A stretch of 53,652 bases of DNA, from positions 1 through 53,652 of the IMG/VR virus record IMGVR_UViG_3300020044_005691; one strand, given 5' to 3'. This DNA is from a virus. Taxonomy: Duplodnaviria > Caudoviricetes. Shown in pieces: positions 37,313 to 44,235 of the stretch. The position numbers and the translations under genes are program-made. A model generated the notes under the pieces. That model was given only the letters and a program-made list of their open reading frames with translations, did not search any database and was not told the origin of the DNA. Position 1 is the stretch's first letter. Every line of letters starts with the position of its first letter.

Positions 37313-38197
37313 TTACAGGCCTAACTCAGTCAATACTTTTTCTGCTTCGGCTTTGGCGATGGCAATACTCTTAGCATGGGCACGCCGCTGATGTGACTCA
37401 GGAAAGTCAGATACTTGTGCATCCACACACGGCTTGAGCATATCGATGATGGCGTCGAGCTGCGGCAGGTTCAGCCAGTTCTTGTTCTTCAGGTCGCCGA
37501 TGCGGTCTTGCATCGCATTGAAGCGGGCTTGCTTTAGTCGCTGGCCTTTAGTCAGTGCTTCGATAGTGCGCCCCATCTCTTCGATAGTCTCGCTGATGGT
37601 CTGACCGTGTGCTTCGAGTAACATGCGGGACACTGACTGTTCGCTACTAGCTCTGACTCGTGCCGCCGTCTCTGTTGAAACCGACGAGAGCACTGAGTTC
37701 GCAATCGACTGCGGCTGACCGAGCCACTTGAGTTCGAGACGGTAGCCACCAATGAACTCGTCGGCGGTTGGCCACTCTACTTCGTCATTGAACGCGGCGA
37801 TGTGCTTCAGGCCTTCGTTAACGTATGACTGGTAGTTCGTGTGCACTTCGTTAAGCAGTGCGTCGAGCTGGTCACGCCGCTTGTCGAACTCCAACTGAAT
37901 CTCGTCGGCGTCGTTAGCTTGCTGGTAAGTAGTGCCGTCGAAGTCAGGCACACTCATGCCTTTCTTCTTGAGATAGACAGCCATGCCGTTGATGATGTTG
38001 TTGATCTCGCCAATGGCATTGCCGCGAGTCTGGAACAGCTTAGCCGATGGGGCACGAATTGCTTTCTCGTCCGCGCCTTTGGCGTAGGCAATTTGTTGGT
38101 GCGTCTTCTCAAGTTTGGCAGACAGCGCGGGCTTGCCAGTGACAAGTCGAACCATAATGACGGAGTTGATGGTGGTGAGTTCGTTAGTAGCGTTCAT
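37313..38197 (-). CDS. DUF3150-like protein
   Basis: Lies between a MoxR AAA gene and a DUF2201/vWA gene; 'WPTADEF..YRL' motif. Start set at MNATNE. Confidence 0.65.
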   Translation of the reverse strand: MNATNELTTINSVIMVRLVTGKPALSAKLEKTHQQIAYAKGADEKAIRAPSAKLFQTRGNAIGEINNIINGMAVYLKKKGMSVPDFDGTTYQQANDADEIQLEFDKRRDQLDALLNEVHTNYQSYVNEGLKHIAAFNDEVEWPTADEFIGGYRLELKWLGQPQSIANSVLSSVSTETAARVRASSEQSVSRMLLEAHGQTISETIEEMGRTIEALTKGQRLKQARFNAMQDRIGDLKNKNWLNLPQLDAIIDMLKPCVDAQVSDFPESHQRRAHAKSIAIAKAEAEKVLTELGL

Positions 38198-38240
38198 AAT
38201 CTTATTCAGTTTGTGTAATTTAGTTAAGGAGAGTTGATGT

Positions 38241-38273
38241 CGGCTAGCCATAATACGGTATCATGGCTAGCCG
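38241..38273. promoter_or_regulatory. Hairpin carrying a TAATAC-G-GTATCA dyad variant
   Basis: CGGCTAGCCAT/ATGGCTAGCCG arms. Confidence 0.65.
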
Positions 38274-38281
38274 TTGTTGGT

Positions 38282-39367
38282 TCAGATACCCTGCATGACG
38301 GAGCGGCGAGCATGCTGGTTCAGCGGGATGCCGTTACGAACGGCACTGTCATACGTCCACTTGCGAATCTCGCCGTTAGCCGGACAGATGACGTTGTTCA
38401 CGAGCCAGTCAAGCACACCGCTATGGACGGCAGCTTCAGGATCATTACCGACGAGCTGCTTTGCCTGTCGAATGGCGGCGTAACTGAGTGCATATTGTTC
38501 AGATGGATCGGTCGGTAGCGACTCGTCACCGTTACGGATAGCACGCAGCTTCGGTAGCATATTGCTAACGGTGCGACAGAATGCATACGCCGCACTGCCG
38601 CTGGCTTCGCCGACTAGACCGCGAAGTGCTAGCGATAGCAGTGCAGGATCGTCGAGCATGTCATCGACAGCAACACGGCACGCCGCTTCCCACTGTCTCG
38701 GACAGGCATGGGGCGAACCGTCCCACGGTGCGGGCACATCAGGATTGAAATGGTCAGGCCCTTCAACGCCATTGGTAAACTTCAGGAACGTGTAGATCGG
38801 CGAGCTAGCTAGACCAGCGTCCGCCGCCCATTCAAGCCACTCATCTAGCGTCGGCTCTACGGTGAAAACCATGCACCGTTCAACGAGCGGTGCGGCAAGA
38901 ACGGCGGAGCGTGTGCCGTCGGTGCGGCGGTTGCCAGTAATCATGATGCGGACGTTCTTGCCGAGACGGTGTGTCCCGATCATCGGTGCGCTGCCGTCTG
39001 GCTGGAACAGTGAGCGGCAGAGCGATTGAATCTGCACGTCCCACTCTGGGAACTCGTCCAGCACAAGCAGCGTTGGCGTCGAGCCGACACGTTCGGCGGT
39101 TGGCCATTGTTCCGGCGAGCTGAACCATAAGTCACGGGTTCCGGCATCGGGTATGCCGTAGCCTAATGCCTCTTGCGGGCCGGATCCACTCAAGTTGACG
39201 AGCCATACGTCGGCGGGTTCAATACCCATTGCGGGTGCAATGACGGTCTTGCTGATGCTGGTCTTGCCGACGCCGCCTTTGCCGAAGATGGCGAGCCAGC
39301 GATTGCTAGCGTCGGCAGCTTTAGCGAGTGATGCGAGTTGGCGGATAGTTGCGGATGGTGCTTTCAT
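38282..39367 (-). CDS. MoxR-like AAA+ ATPase
   Basis: GKGGVGKT, LLVLDEF, TGNR, arginine finger LVER, CPRQWE. Confidence 0.9.
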   Translation of the reverse strand: MKAPSATIRQLASLAKAADASNRWLAIFGKGGVGKTSISKTVIAPAMGIEPADVWLVNLSGSGPQEALGYGIPDAGTRDLWFSSPEQWPTAERVGSTPTLLVLDEFPEWDVQIQSLCRSLFQPDGSAPMIGTHRLGKNVRIMITGNRRTDGTRSAVLAAPLVERCMVFTVEPTLDEWLEWAADAGLASSPIYTFLKFTNGVEGPDHFNPDVPAPWDGSPHACPRQWEAACRVAVDDMLDDPALLSLALRGLVGEASGSAAYAFCRTVSNMLPKLRAIRNGDESLPTDPSEQYALSYAAIRQAKQLVGNDPEAAVHSGVLDWLVNNVICPANGEIRKWTYDSAVRNGIPLNQHARRSVMQGI

Positions 39368-39419
39368 ATTTTCAGTTGGTTGGTTCAGTTTCAGTTGGTG
39401 TGTCGCAGTGACGATTAAG

Positions 39420-39448
39420 AGAATAGCAGATTAAAGTTACGTTGTCAA
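39420..39448 (-). promoter_or_regulatory. Sigma70 promoter for the AAA/DUF3150/vWA operon (-35 supplied by the repeat element)
   Basis: TTGACA-N17-TATTCT, with an extended -10 TG. Confidence 0.7.
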
Positions 39449-39546
39449 TTCTTTTCTTTACAAGATTAAAGATAAAAACTTTTCTTTTAGGACTGTAGGG
39501 CATTAAGCGTCGCTTAATGCCCTACATCATATTTTAGAAAGTTTTT
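39443..39546 (-). repeat. 105-bp palindromic element, copy 2 (inverted)
   Basis: Reverse complement of the other copies; palindrome at 39494-39526; the central base is not complemented. Confidence 0.95.
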
Positions 39547-39817
39547 ATTCCGGTTTGGCAAAACCTTTCACTCTCGCCGCCTTCAAGATAGCGGGGGTCG
39601 CTAGTGATGACTCGCCTTCGGAGTAGTCGGTGCGCTGGCCCGCTAGAAACTCCGCAAGATGCAGATCAGCGAGTGCCGACGGCGCGAGCGTTGACAGTAT
39701 CGCCGTTGCCGCTGGCGATACGGTGGCGATCGGCTCGCTGCGTTGTGGTAGCAAGTAGCCGATGCCAATACTGGCGAGTGAGATGGCGGCAAGCGTGGTG
39801 TAGTGTGTCGGTTTCAT
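39545..39817 (-). CDS. Small protein with N-terminal TM/signal segment
   Basis: 'LAAISLASIGIGYLL' hydrophobic stretch. Confidence 0.65.
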   Translation of the reverse strand: MKPTHYTTLAAISLASIGIGYLLPQRSEPIATVSPAATAILSTLAPSALADLHLAEFLAGQRTDYSEGESSLATPAILKAARVKGFAKPE

Positions 39818-39854
39818 GTTACGGTATTATGGTGGACGGTTAATGGTTCGGGTT

Positions 39855-40109
39855 TCAATTACGGACGGTTCCGCAGCAGCAATCTTTCATGCCGCATAGC
39901 TTGTTCCAGATGCGGTTACGTTTTGCGGTCGCCGCGCCTTTTTGAAATGGCGGGTTGCAGATTTCATGGTCGGCGAGTAGCGAAAGGGTATTCCAGATGT
40001 AAGATTGCGGCTCGTTAATAAGGTCAGCATCGATTAGCACGGTCGCTTCGGTGCGGTGGAATGAGTTCGTGAGTGTATACTTTTTCATGTTCGATGGTTC
40101 GTGTGTCAT
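39855..40109 (-). CDS. Hypothetical Cys-tailed protein
   Basis: 'LTNSFHRT...LCGMKDCCCG'; start may be at 40088. Confidence 0.7.
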   Translation of the reverse strand: MTHEPSNMKKYTLTNSFHRTEATVLIDADLINEPQSYIWNTLSLLADHEICNPPFQKGAATAKRNRIWNKLCGMKDCCCGTVRN

Positions 40110-40294
40110 AGTCTTGTAACGGTGAGCGGTGGCAAGTCTGCCGCTTCGTCGTCGCTGTCTTCGGCGATGTGCTCAAGCACTATGATGTTGCGGTAAAGCA
40201 CTTGCGTTACGCTGGCATCATGCCGCTTTGACTTTGCTAGATAGGCAATGGCCGCATCGGCACTGCACGGCAGGTTTGAATCGTATGTGTTCAT
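40106..40294 (-). CDS. Hypothetical protein
   Basis: 62 aa, preceded by a promoter and a dyad motif. Confidence 0.6.
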   Translation of the reverse strand: MNTYDSNLPCSADAAIAYLAKSKRHDASVTQVLYRNIIVLEHIAEDSDDEAADLPPLTVTRL

Positions 40295-40336
40295 ATTACG
40301 GTATTATGGTTCAGGTTTCAGGATGGGGGAGCCGCT

Positions 40337-40365
40337 AGCATGGCAGCTAACGGCTCCGCTGTCAA
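40337..40365 (-). promoter_or_regulatory. Sigma70 early promoter
   Basis: AAAAGAA-TTGACA-N17-CATGCT, with an extended -10 TG. Confidence 0.6.
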
Positions 40366-40374
40366 TTCTTTTCT

Positions 40375-40725
40375 TCAGAAGTCTTTTACGAGAATGCCGC
40401 CGTCGAATTCGATCAGATCGGTATTGGCTTCGATGAACGTGCGGATGCAGCTTTCGATCACGTCTTGATCTTGATCTTCGCAGTCGAGTTCGATCTTCGC
40501 TTGCTTGTCGCTGCCGAAGTATCCGCAGCCGAAGTCTTCGAGACATTCAAGTTCTGACCAGAGAGTGCGAATCTCAGTCGGGTTGACCGTCAAGTCTTCC
40601 CCGCTTTGCTCTTCAAATTCGGCGTAGTGGTTTGCCAGTGCCAATGCGCCCGCTCTTGTCCAGTCAGTATATTCATCTTGCAGGAGTAGATTGGCGAGTT
40701 CGTTTGCAGTGATTTCGATTTTCAT
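40375..40725 (-). CDS. Highly acidic early protein (possible DNA mimic / antirestriction)
   Basis: About 28 D/E versus 7 K/R in 116 aa (hand count); early-region position. Confidence 0.55.
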   Translation of the reverse strand: MKIEITANELANLLLQDEYTDWTRAGALALANHYAEFEEQSGEDLTVNPTEIRTLWSELECLEDFGCGYFGSDKQAKIELDCEDQDQDVIESCIRTFIEANTDLIEFDGGILVKDF

Positions 40726-40817
40726 AATTTCAGTTGGTTTAATGTTTTAGTGTTAGCTCTTCAGCGTCGGACTTTTACCGACGTAGTGCGCCGCCATAAG
40801 CGGCGCGCTTTCGCTCT

Positions 40818-41411
40818 TCACTTCTCTCCCACGAATGTCCGTTGAGTCACAAGCCAGATAATCGCTTGCAACTGATAGCCAGTGATTCCCATCTTCGTCG
40901 CTTTGCGAATTGTCATCCGCTCGAGTTGGGCATATGCCAACAGACCAACAGATGAACGAATCGTTTTCCCGAAGCAGGCACGAAGGTGCCATACGTCAAC
41001 TGTTACTCTGGCTGCATCAAGATGCCCGACGTTTCCGACGAATGAAAACGTTTTCGGTGATTCTGCCGTTATAGTTTGCTTGCCGTTGGCAATCGCAAAC
41101 GCTTTAAACTTATTCGTATTGAACGTGCAGACTTTGACGTCTTGTGCCGACACGCCGCAGTAGACGGCAGCAAGAACCGTCTCCGCATCTTTCAGGTTCT
41201 GCCGCCAGTTGTTTCGCGGCGATAGAGCGGAGACAACGCCAGCAACAATCTCTGGCGTCGTGCCATACTTTGCTGCAGTTTTGACGCAAAACTCGTTAGC
41301 GGTCTCATACCAGCACAAGCCAGCTTTCACTTCTTCTTCTGTCGCCAGATCAAAGATATTGTCTAAGCGTCGTGATATGGTAGCAAGTTGCGACTTCGTT
41401 AATTTTTTCAT
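40818..41411 (-). CDS. Phage HhH-glycosylase-like (DUF7178-type) protein
   Basis: 'G..WY', 'SALSP...W..N', 'KT..F', 'VTVDVWH', 'QLQAIIW'. Confidence 0.65.
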   Translation of the reverse strand: MKKLTKSQLATISRRLDNIFDLATEEEVKAGLCWYETANEFCVKTAAKYGTTPEIVAGVVSALSPRNNWRQNLKDAETVLAAVYCGVSAQDVKVCTFNTNKFKAFAIANGKQTITAESPKTFSFVGNVGHLDAARVTVDVWHLRACFGKTIRSSVGLLAYAQLERMTIRKATKMGITGYQLQAIIWLVTQRTFVGEK

Positions 41412-41474
41412 AATACGGTATTTCAGGTTTCAGGTTTCAGGTTAGCTCCAACGTCAATTCAACGTTGAGGCTTT

Positions 41475-41503
41475 AGACTAGCATATTGTTTCGGGCTTGT
41501 CAA
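41475..41503 (-). promoter_or_regulatory. Sigma70 early promoter
   Basis: AAAAAAGAA-TTGACA-N17-TAGTCT, with an extended -10 TG. Confidence 0.7.
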
Positions 41504-41511
41504 TTCTTTTT

Positions 41512-41775
41512 TCAAACGAGCTGATTCTTTTCGATCAGTTCGCTATTTACGTCGTGATACCAGTCCAGCTCGCGCTGGCAGATGCGGGCGAGTGAGCGAA
41601 CGGCGCGATTATGTTCCGCATTTGACAGCGGTTCTAGCCAGCACTCTACGGAGTGAGACGTCATAACGTAAGCAATGGGATAATTCCGCCGCTTTAGCCA
41701 GCGATCTATCTTAGGCCGCAGCGTGAATTGAGGCATGCGGGCGGTATTTGAGACGAATCTAAATGTCGTTTTCAT
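41512..41775 (-). CDS. Hypothetical early protein
   Basis: 87-aa ORF co-oriented in the early block. Confidence 0.6.
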   Translation of the reverse strand: MKTTFRFVSNTARMPQFTLRPKIDRWLKRRNYPIAYVMTSHSVECWLEPLSNAEHNRAVRSLARICQRELDWYHDVNSELIEKNQLV

Positions 41776-41856
41776 ATTAAATGTTTCTGGTTCGTCACTC
41801 TCTATTTACACGGGCTTGTGACCGTTTGCCGCACCGTGCGGCAAGCTAGATTAACG

Positions 41857-41893
41857 AGCGGCGGTCTGTAATACCGTATTACAGACCGCCGCT
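41857..41893. promoter_or_regulatory. Perfect 37-bp palindrome centred on TAATAC-C-GTATTA
   Basis: AGCGGCGGTCTGTAATAC-C-GTATTACAGACCGCCGCT. Confidence 0.8.
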
Positions 41894-41904
41894 TTGATTG
41901 GTAA

Positions 41905-42189
41905 TCAGAATTCTCCAATCCGATGGACGTTGCCAATTGACCAGCATTGCCATTCGATTCCGCCGCTTTCCGCTTCATCAATTCCGACGTGCAGGCGAGT
42001 CTTCATGAGGCGGGCTGGTCGTGTGCCGCGCCCGATACCTTCGCCAGTATAGAGAGTATGAGTCGCGCCGTGTGACGCTGACCATTCACATGGCGCGCCG
42101 TCGAAAACATCATGCCAGCGGCGGAATTCGCGCTCTTTAACGCGAGTGAGTTGGCGGGTTTTGAGTGATTGGAGGATGGGATATGACAT
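41905..42189 (-). CDS. Hypothetical early protein
   Basis: 94-aa ORF flanked by two dyad palindromes. Confidence 0.6.
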   Translation of the reverse strand: MSYPILQSLKTRQLTRVKEREFRRWHDVFDGAPCEWSASHGATHTLYTGEGIGRGTRPARLMKTRLHVGIDEAESGGIEWQCWSIGNVHRIGEF

Positions 42190-42192
42190 AAA

Positions 42193-42236
42193 GTGAGTGA
42201 GTGAGTGAGTGAGTGAGTGAGTGAGTGAGTGAGTGA
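42193..42236. repeat. Tetranucleotide microsatellite (GTGA)11
   Basis: Read directly; ends 3 nt before the ATG at 42189 on the minus strand. Confidence 0.97.
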
Positions 42237-42240
42237 AAAA

Positions 42241-42273
42241 CGGCGAGCTGTAATACGGTATTACAGCTCGCCG
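42241..42273. promoter_or_regulatory. Perfect 33-bp palindrome centred on TAATAC-G-GTATTA
   Basis: CGGCGAGCTGTAATAC-G-GTATTACAGCTCGCCG; followed on the minus strand by T5, so it may also act as a terminator. Confidence 0.8.
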
Positions 42274-42284
42274 CTTTGCTTTGC

Positions 42285-42953
42285 TTAGCCTAAGATAAAT
42301 TCAGCGGCAACGTCTTGAATCGACTCGCGCTCTTCGTCCGTCATGTCTCGCATAAGCGCTTGCACGCTTGTTAGTAAAATGATTGCACGATCGTATGCCG
42401 TTTTTCCTGTGCCATCTTCAACGAGCGTTTCAATGTCGTCAGTTTCAACGTCTCCGCCGTTTTTGTTTTCCGCTTTTTCGGCGGCGGCGGGCAAGAGCTT
42501 GTCCAACGCGCCGCGCTTAAATGCACCGGCGTCTGTCAGTTTGAGGCGATTAACGATGACAATGGCGTCATCGCCGCCCGCAGCCAGAAACTTCGCGAGC
42601 CTCTTTGCGTCTCTGACGCCACAAGCGTAAAAGTGAGACTCTTTTAGCGCGGTTCCGTCTTTCAGCGCAAATTCTGCGAGCGTCTCATGGCCTTTACCGT
42701 TGTTAGCCGTGCCACGTGCTTTAGTTTCCTCCATCCCGCCGCTCTGTAGAGCTTCGACCGTTGTCAGAAACGCATCGGCGGGTGAAATGCCCTCTGCGAC
42801 GAGCTTGCCGCGCAGCAAGCCGATGAGCTTGCAACCGTGCTCAGCTTGTCTCGCATAGTTGACGCAAGTAGTTTCCAGTGCGCTTTGCGCTTCGGCGACT
42901 GTGAGCGAATTGATTTGAGCGGCGGTTGTGGTGGTGGTGGTGTTAGCAGTCAT
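42285..42953 (-). CDS. Hypothetical protein, first gene of the leftward early arm
   Basis: 222-aa Ala-rich ORF downstream of a promoter. Confidence 0.8.
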   Translation of the reverse strand: MTANTTTTTTAAQINSLTVAEAQSALETTCVNYARQAEHGCKLIGLLRGKLVAEGISPADAFLTTVEALQSGGMEETKARGTANNGKGHETLAEFALKDGTALKESHFYACGVRDAKRLAKFLAAGGDDAIVIVNRLKLTDAGAFKRGALDKLLPAAAEKAENKNGGDVETDDIETLVEDGTGKTAYDRAIILLTSVQALMRDMTDEERESIQDVAAEFILG

Positions 42954-43000
42954 ATTCAGTATTTCAGTTTGGTTTGGTTTGGTTTGTGAGGTGAGCCGCC

Positions 43001-43029
43001 ACCGTATCGGCGGGCGGATCGTTCGTCAA
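43001..43029 (-). promoter_or_regulatory. Sigma70 promoter with A-tract UP element
   Basis: A11 tract, then TAA-TTGACG-N17-TACGGT. Confidence 0.6.
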
Positions 43030-43089
43030 TTATTTTTTTTTTCGTCGGGCAATTTATTTTTGACGGGCCATAATACCGTATTATAGCTG

Positions 43090-43320
43090 CCGTCGTCGCC
43101 CTTCACTCTCTAAGGGGTGGCCATGTCGACTCTGGCCCTTCGGGCCGCGCGCGCCCGCCTCCCCGCGTAAGGCGGGCAACCCGATTCGGGGTTCGGGGTT
43201 CGGGGTTCAGGTAACGGGATTGCGCCAACGCCGCCCGCCGCATCTACCGGCAGCGGGCGGGATCACCGCATCATGATTCCTGCTTCACGGTGCCTGATTC
43301 GGGCGCCGTATCAAAAGAGA
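43090..43320. other. GC-rich non-coding hub between divergent arms (candidate origin / packaging or genome-end region)
   Basis: Several GC hairpins, (TTCGGGG)3 at 43185-43205, and the strand switch of gene orientation. Confidence 0.4.
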
Positions 43321-43492
43321 CACACATCGCGTAAGAGTAAATAGCCGTAAGTCACTGAGATTCATGGGATTTATGGCGGCAAAAGCTACCGCGTTTTACG
43401 GAGGTTGTAACAAGTAAGAGGGAGGACGCCACGGGTGGGGGCGCGATTTTTCGGGCAGCACGCCACATACATATGTACCCGTGAGAAAAAAA

Positions 43493-43521
43493 TTGACAGC
43501 CTGCCAAATCGGGCCTATCGT
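43493..43521 (+). promoter_or_regulatory. Sigma70 promoter giving a leaderless transcript
   Basis: A7-TTGACA-N17-TATCGT-N6-ATG. Confidence 0.7.
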
Positions 43522-43527
43522 CGCTGC

Positions 43528-43818
43528 ATGTCTGAAGAAAACGAACCAACATACTACGAAACGAACCGTGAAACCCGACTCATGTACCAGAGAGCGTACT
43601 ACAAGCGAAATTCAGAACGTATTAAGCGTAAAAATGAACTGGATTCGGTACTCGAACCGGATCGTGTAGTCGCGAAGCGGGAATACCAGCGGGAATACTT
43701 TGCAAAGAACCGCGCAAAGATACTGAAAAAGCGTGCATCGAGTAAGAAAGCAGCGTCAATGAGTATTTGTGGCGATTCTGCCGTAAATAGCGGGAATGTT
43801 ACCGATCAGGAATCCTGA
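43528..43818 (+). CDS. Basic hypothetical protein with YQR(A/E)Y repeats
   Basis: Start set at MSEENE; repeats like those in the basic helical N-terminal regions of homing-type nucleases. Confidence 0.65.
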   Translation: MSEENEPTYYETNRETRLMYQRAYYKRNSERIKRKNELDSVLEPDRVVAKREYQREYFAKNRAKILKKRASSKKAASMSICGDSAVNSGNVTDQES

Positions 43819-43959
43819 TTCATGACTCATGCACTGTCTAAAAGGATGAGCACTGTCTAAAAGAACACGCGATTTAGACAATACGGCTCCCGAAACGGGT
43901 ACTGGACTCACGATTCATGGTCAATGTAATCACAATGTAATCTCATTTGGCATTTTACC

Positions 43960-44211
43960 CCCAAATAAAAACTTTCTAAAATATGATGTAGGGCATTAAG
44001 CGTCGCTTAATGCCCTACAGTCCTAAAAGAAAAGTTTTTATCTTTAATCTTGTAAAGAAAAGAATTGACACGCTAAGAACCCGTTTTTGCAGATCCCAAA
44101 TAAAAACTTTCTAAAATATGATGTAGGGCATTAAGCGTCGCTTAATGCCCTACAGTCCTAAAAGAAAAGTTTTTATCTTTAATCTTGTAAAGAAAAGAAT
44201 TGACACGCTAA
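43960..44211 (+). repeat. Tandem pair of the palindromic element (copies 3 and 4; 117-bp identical units, 135-bp period)
   Basis: 43960-44076 is identical to 44095-44211, with an 18-nt spacer; palindromes at 43987-44019 and 44122-44154. Confidence 0.97.
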
Positions 44212-44235
44212 ACCAACCGAAAGAAGATCACCCGC

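Noticed and set aside
35402-43083. TAATACG motif as a T7-type promoter
   Set aside because: Only the first 6-7 nt match, the motif is a symmetric dyad, and no single-subunit RNA polymerase is encoded in the window.
43960-44211. Tandem palindromic repeats as a CRISPR array
   Set aside because: Units are 117 bp with only 18 nt of unique sequence between them, there are only two adjacent copies, and no cas operon is present.
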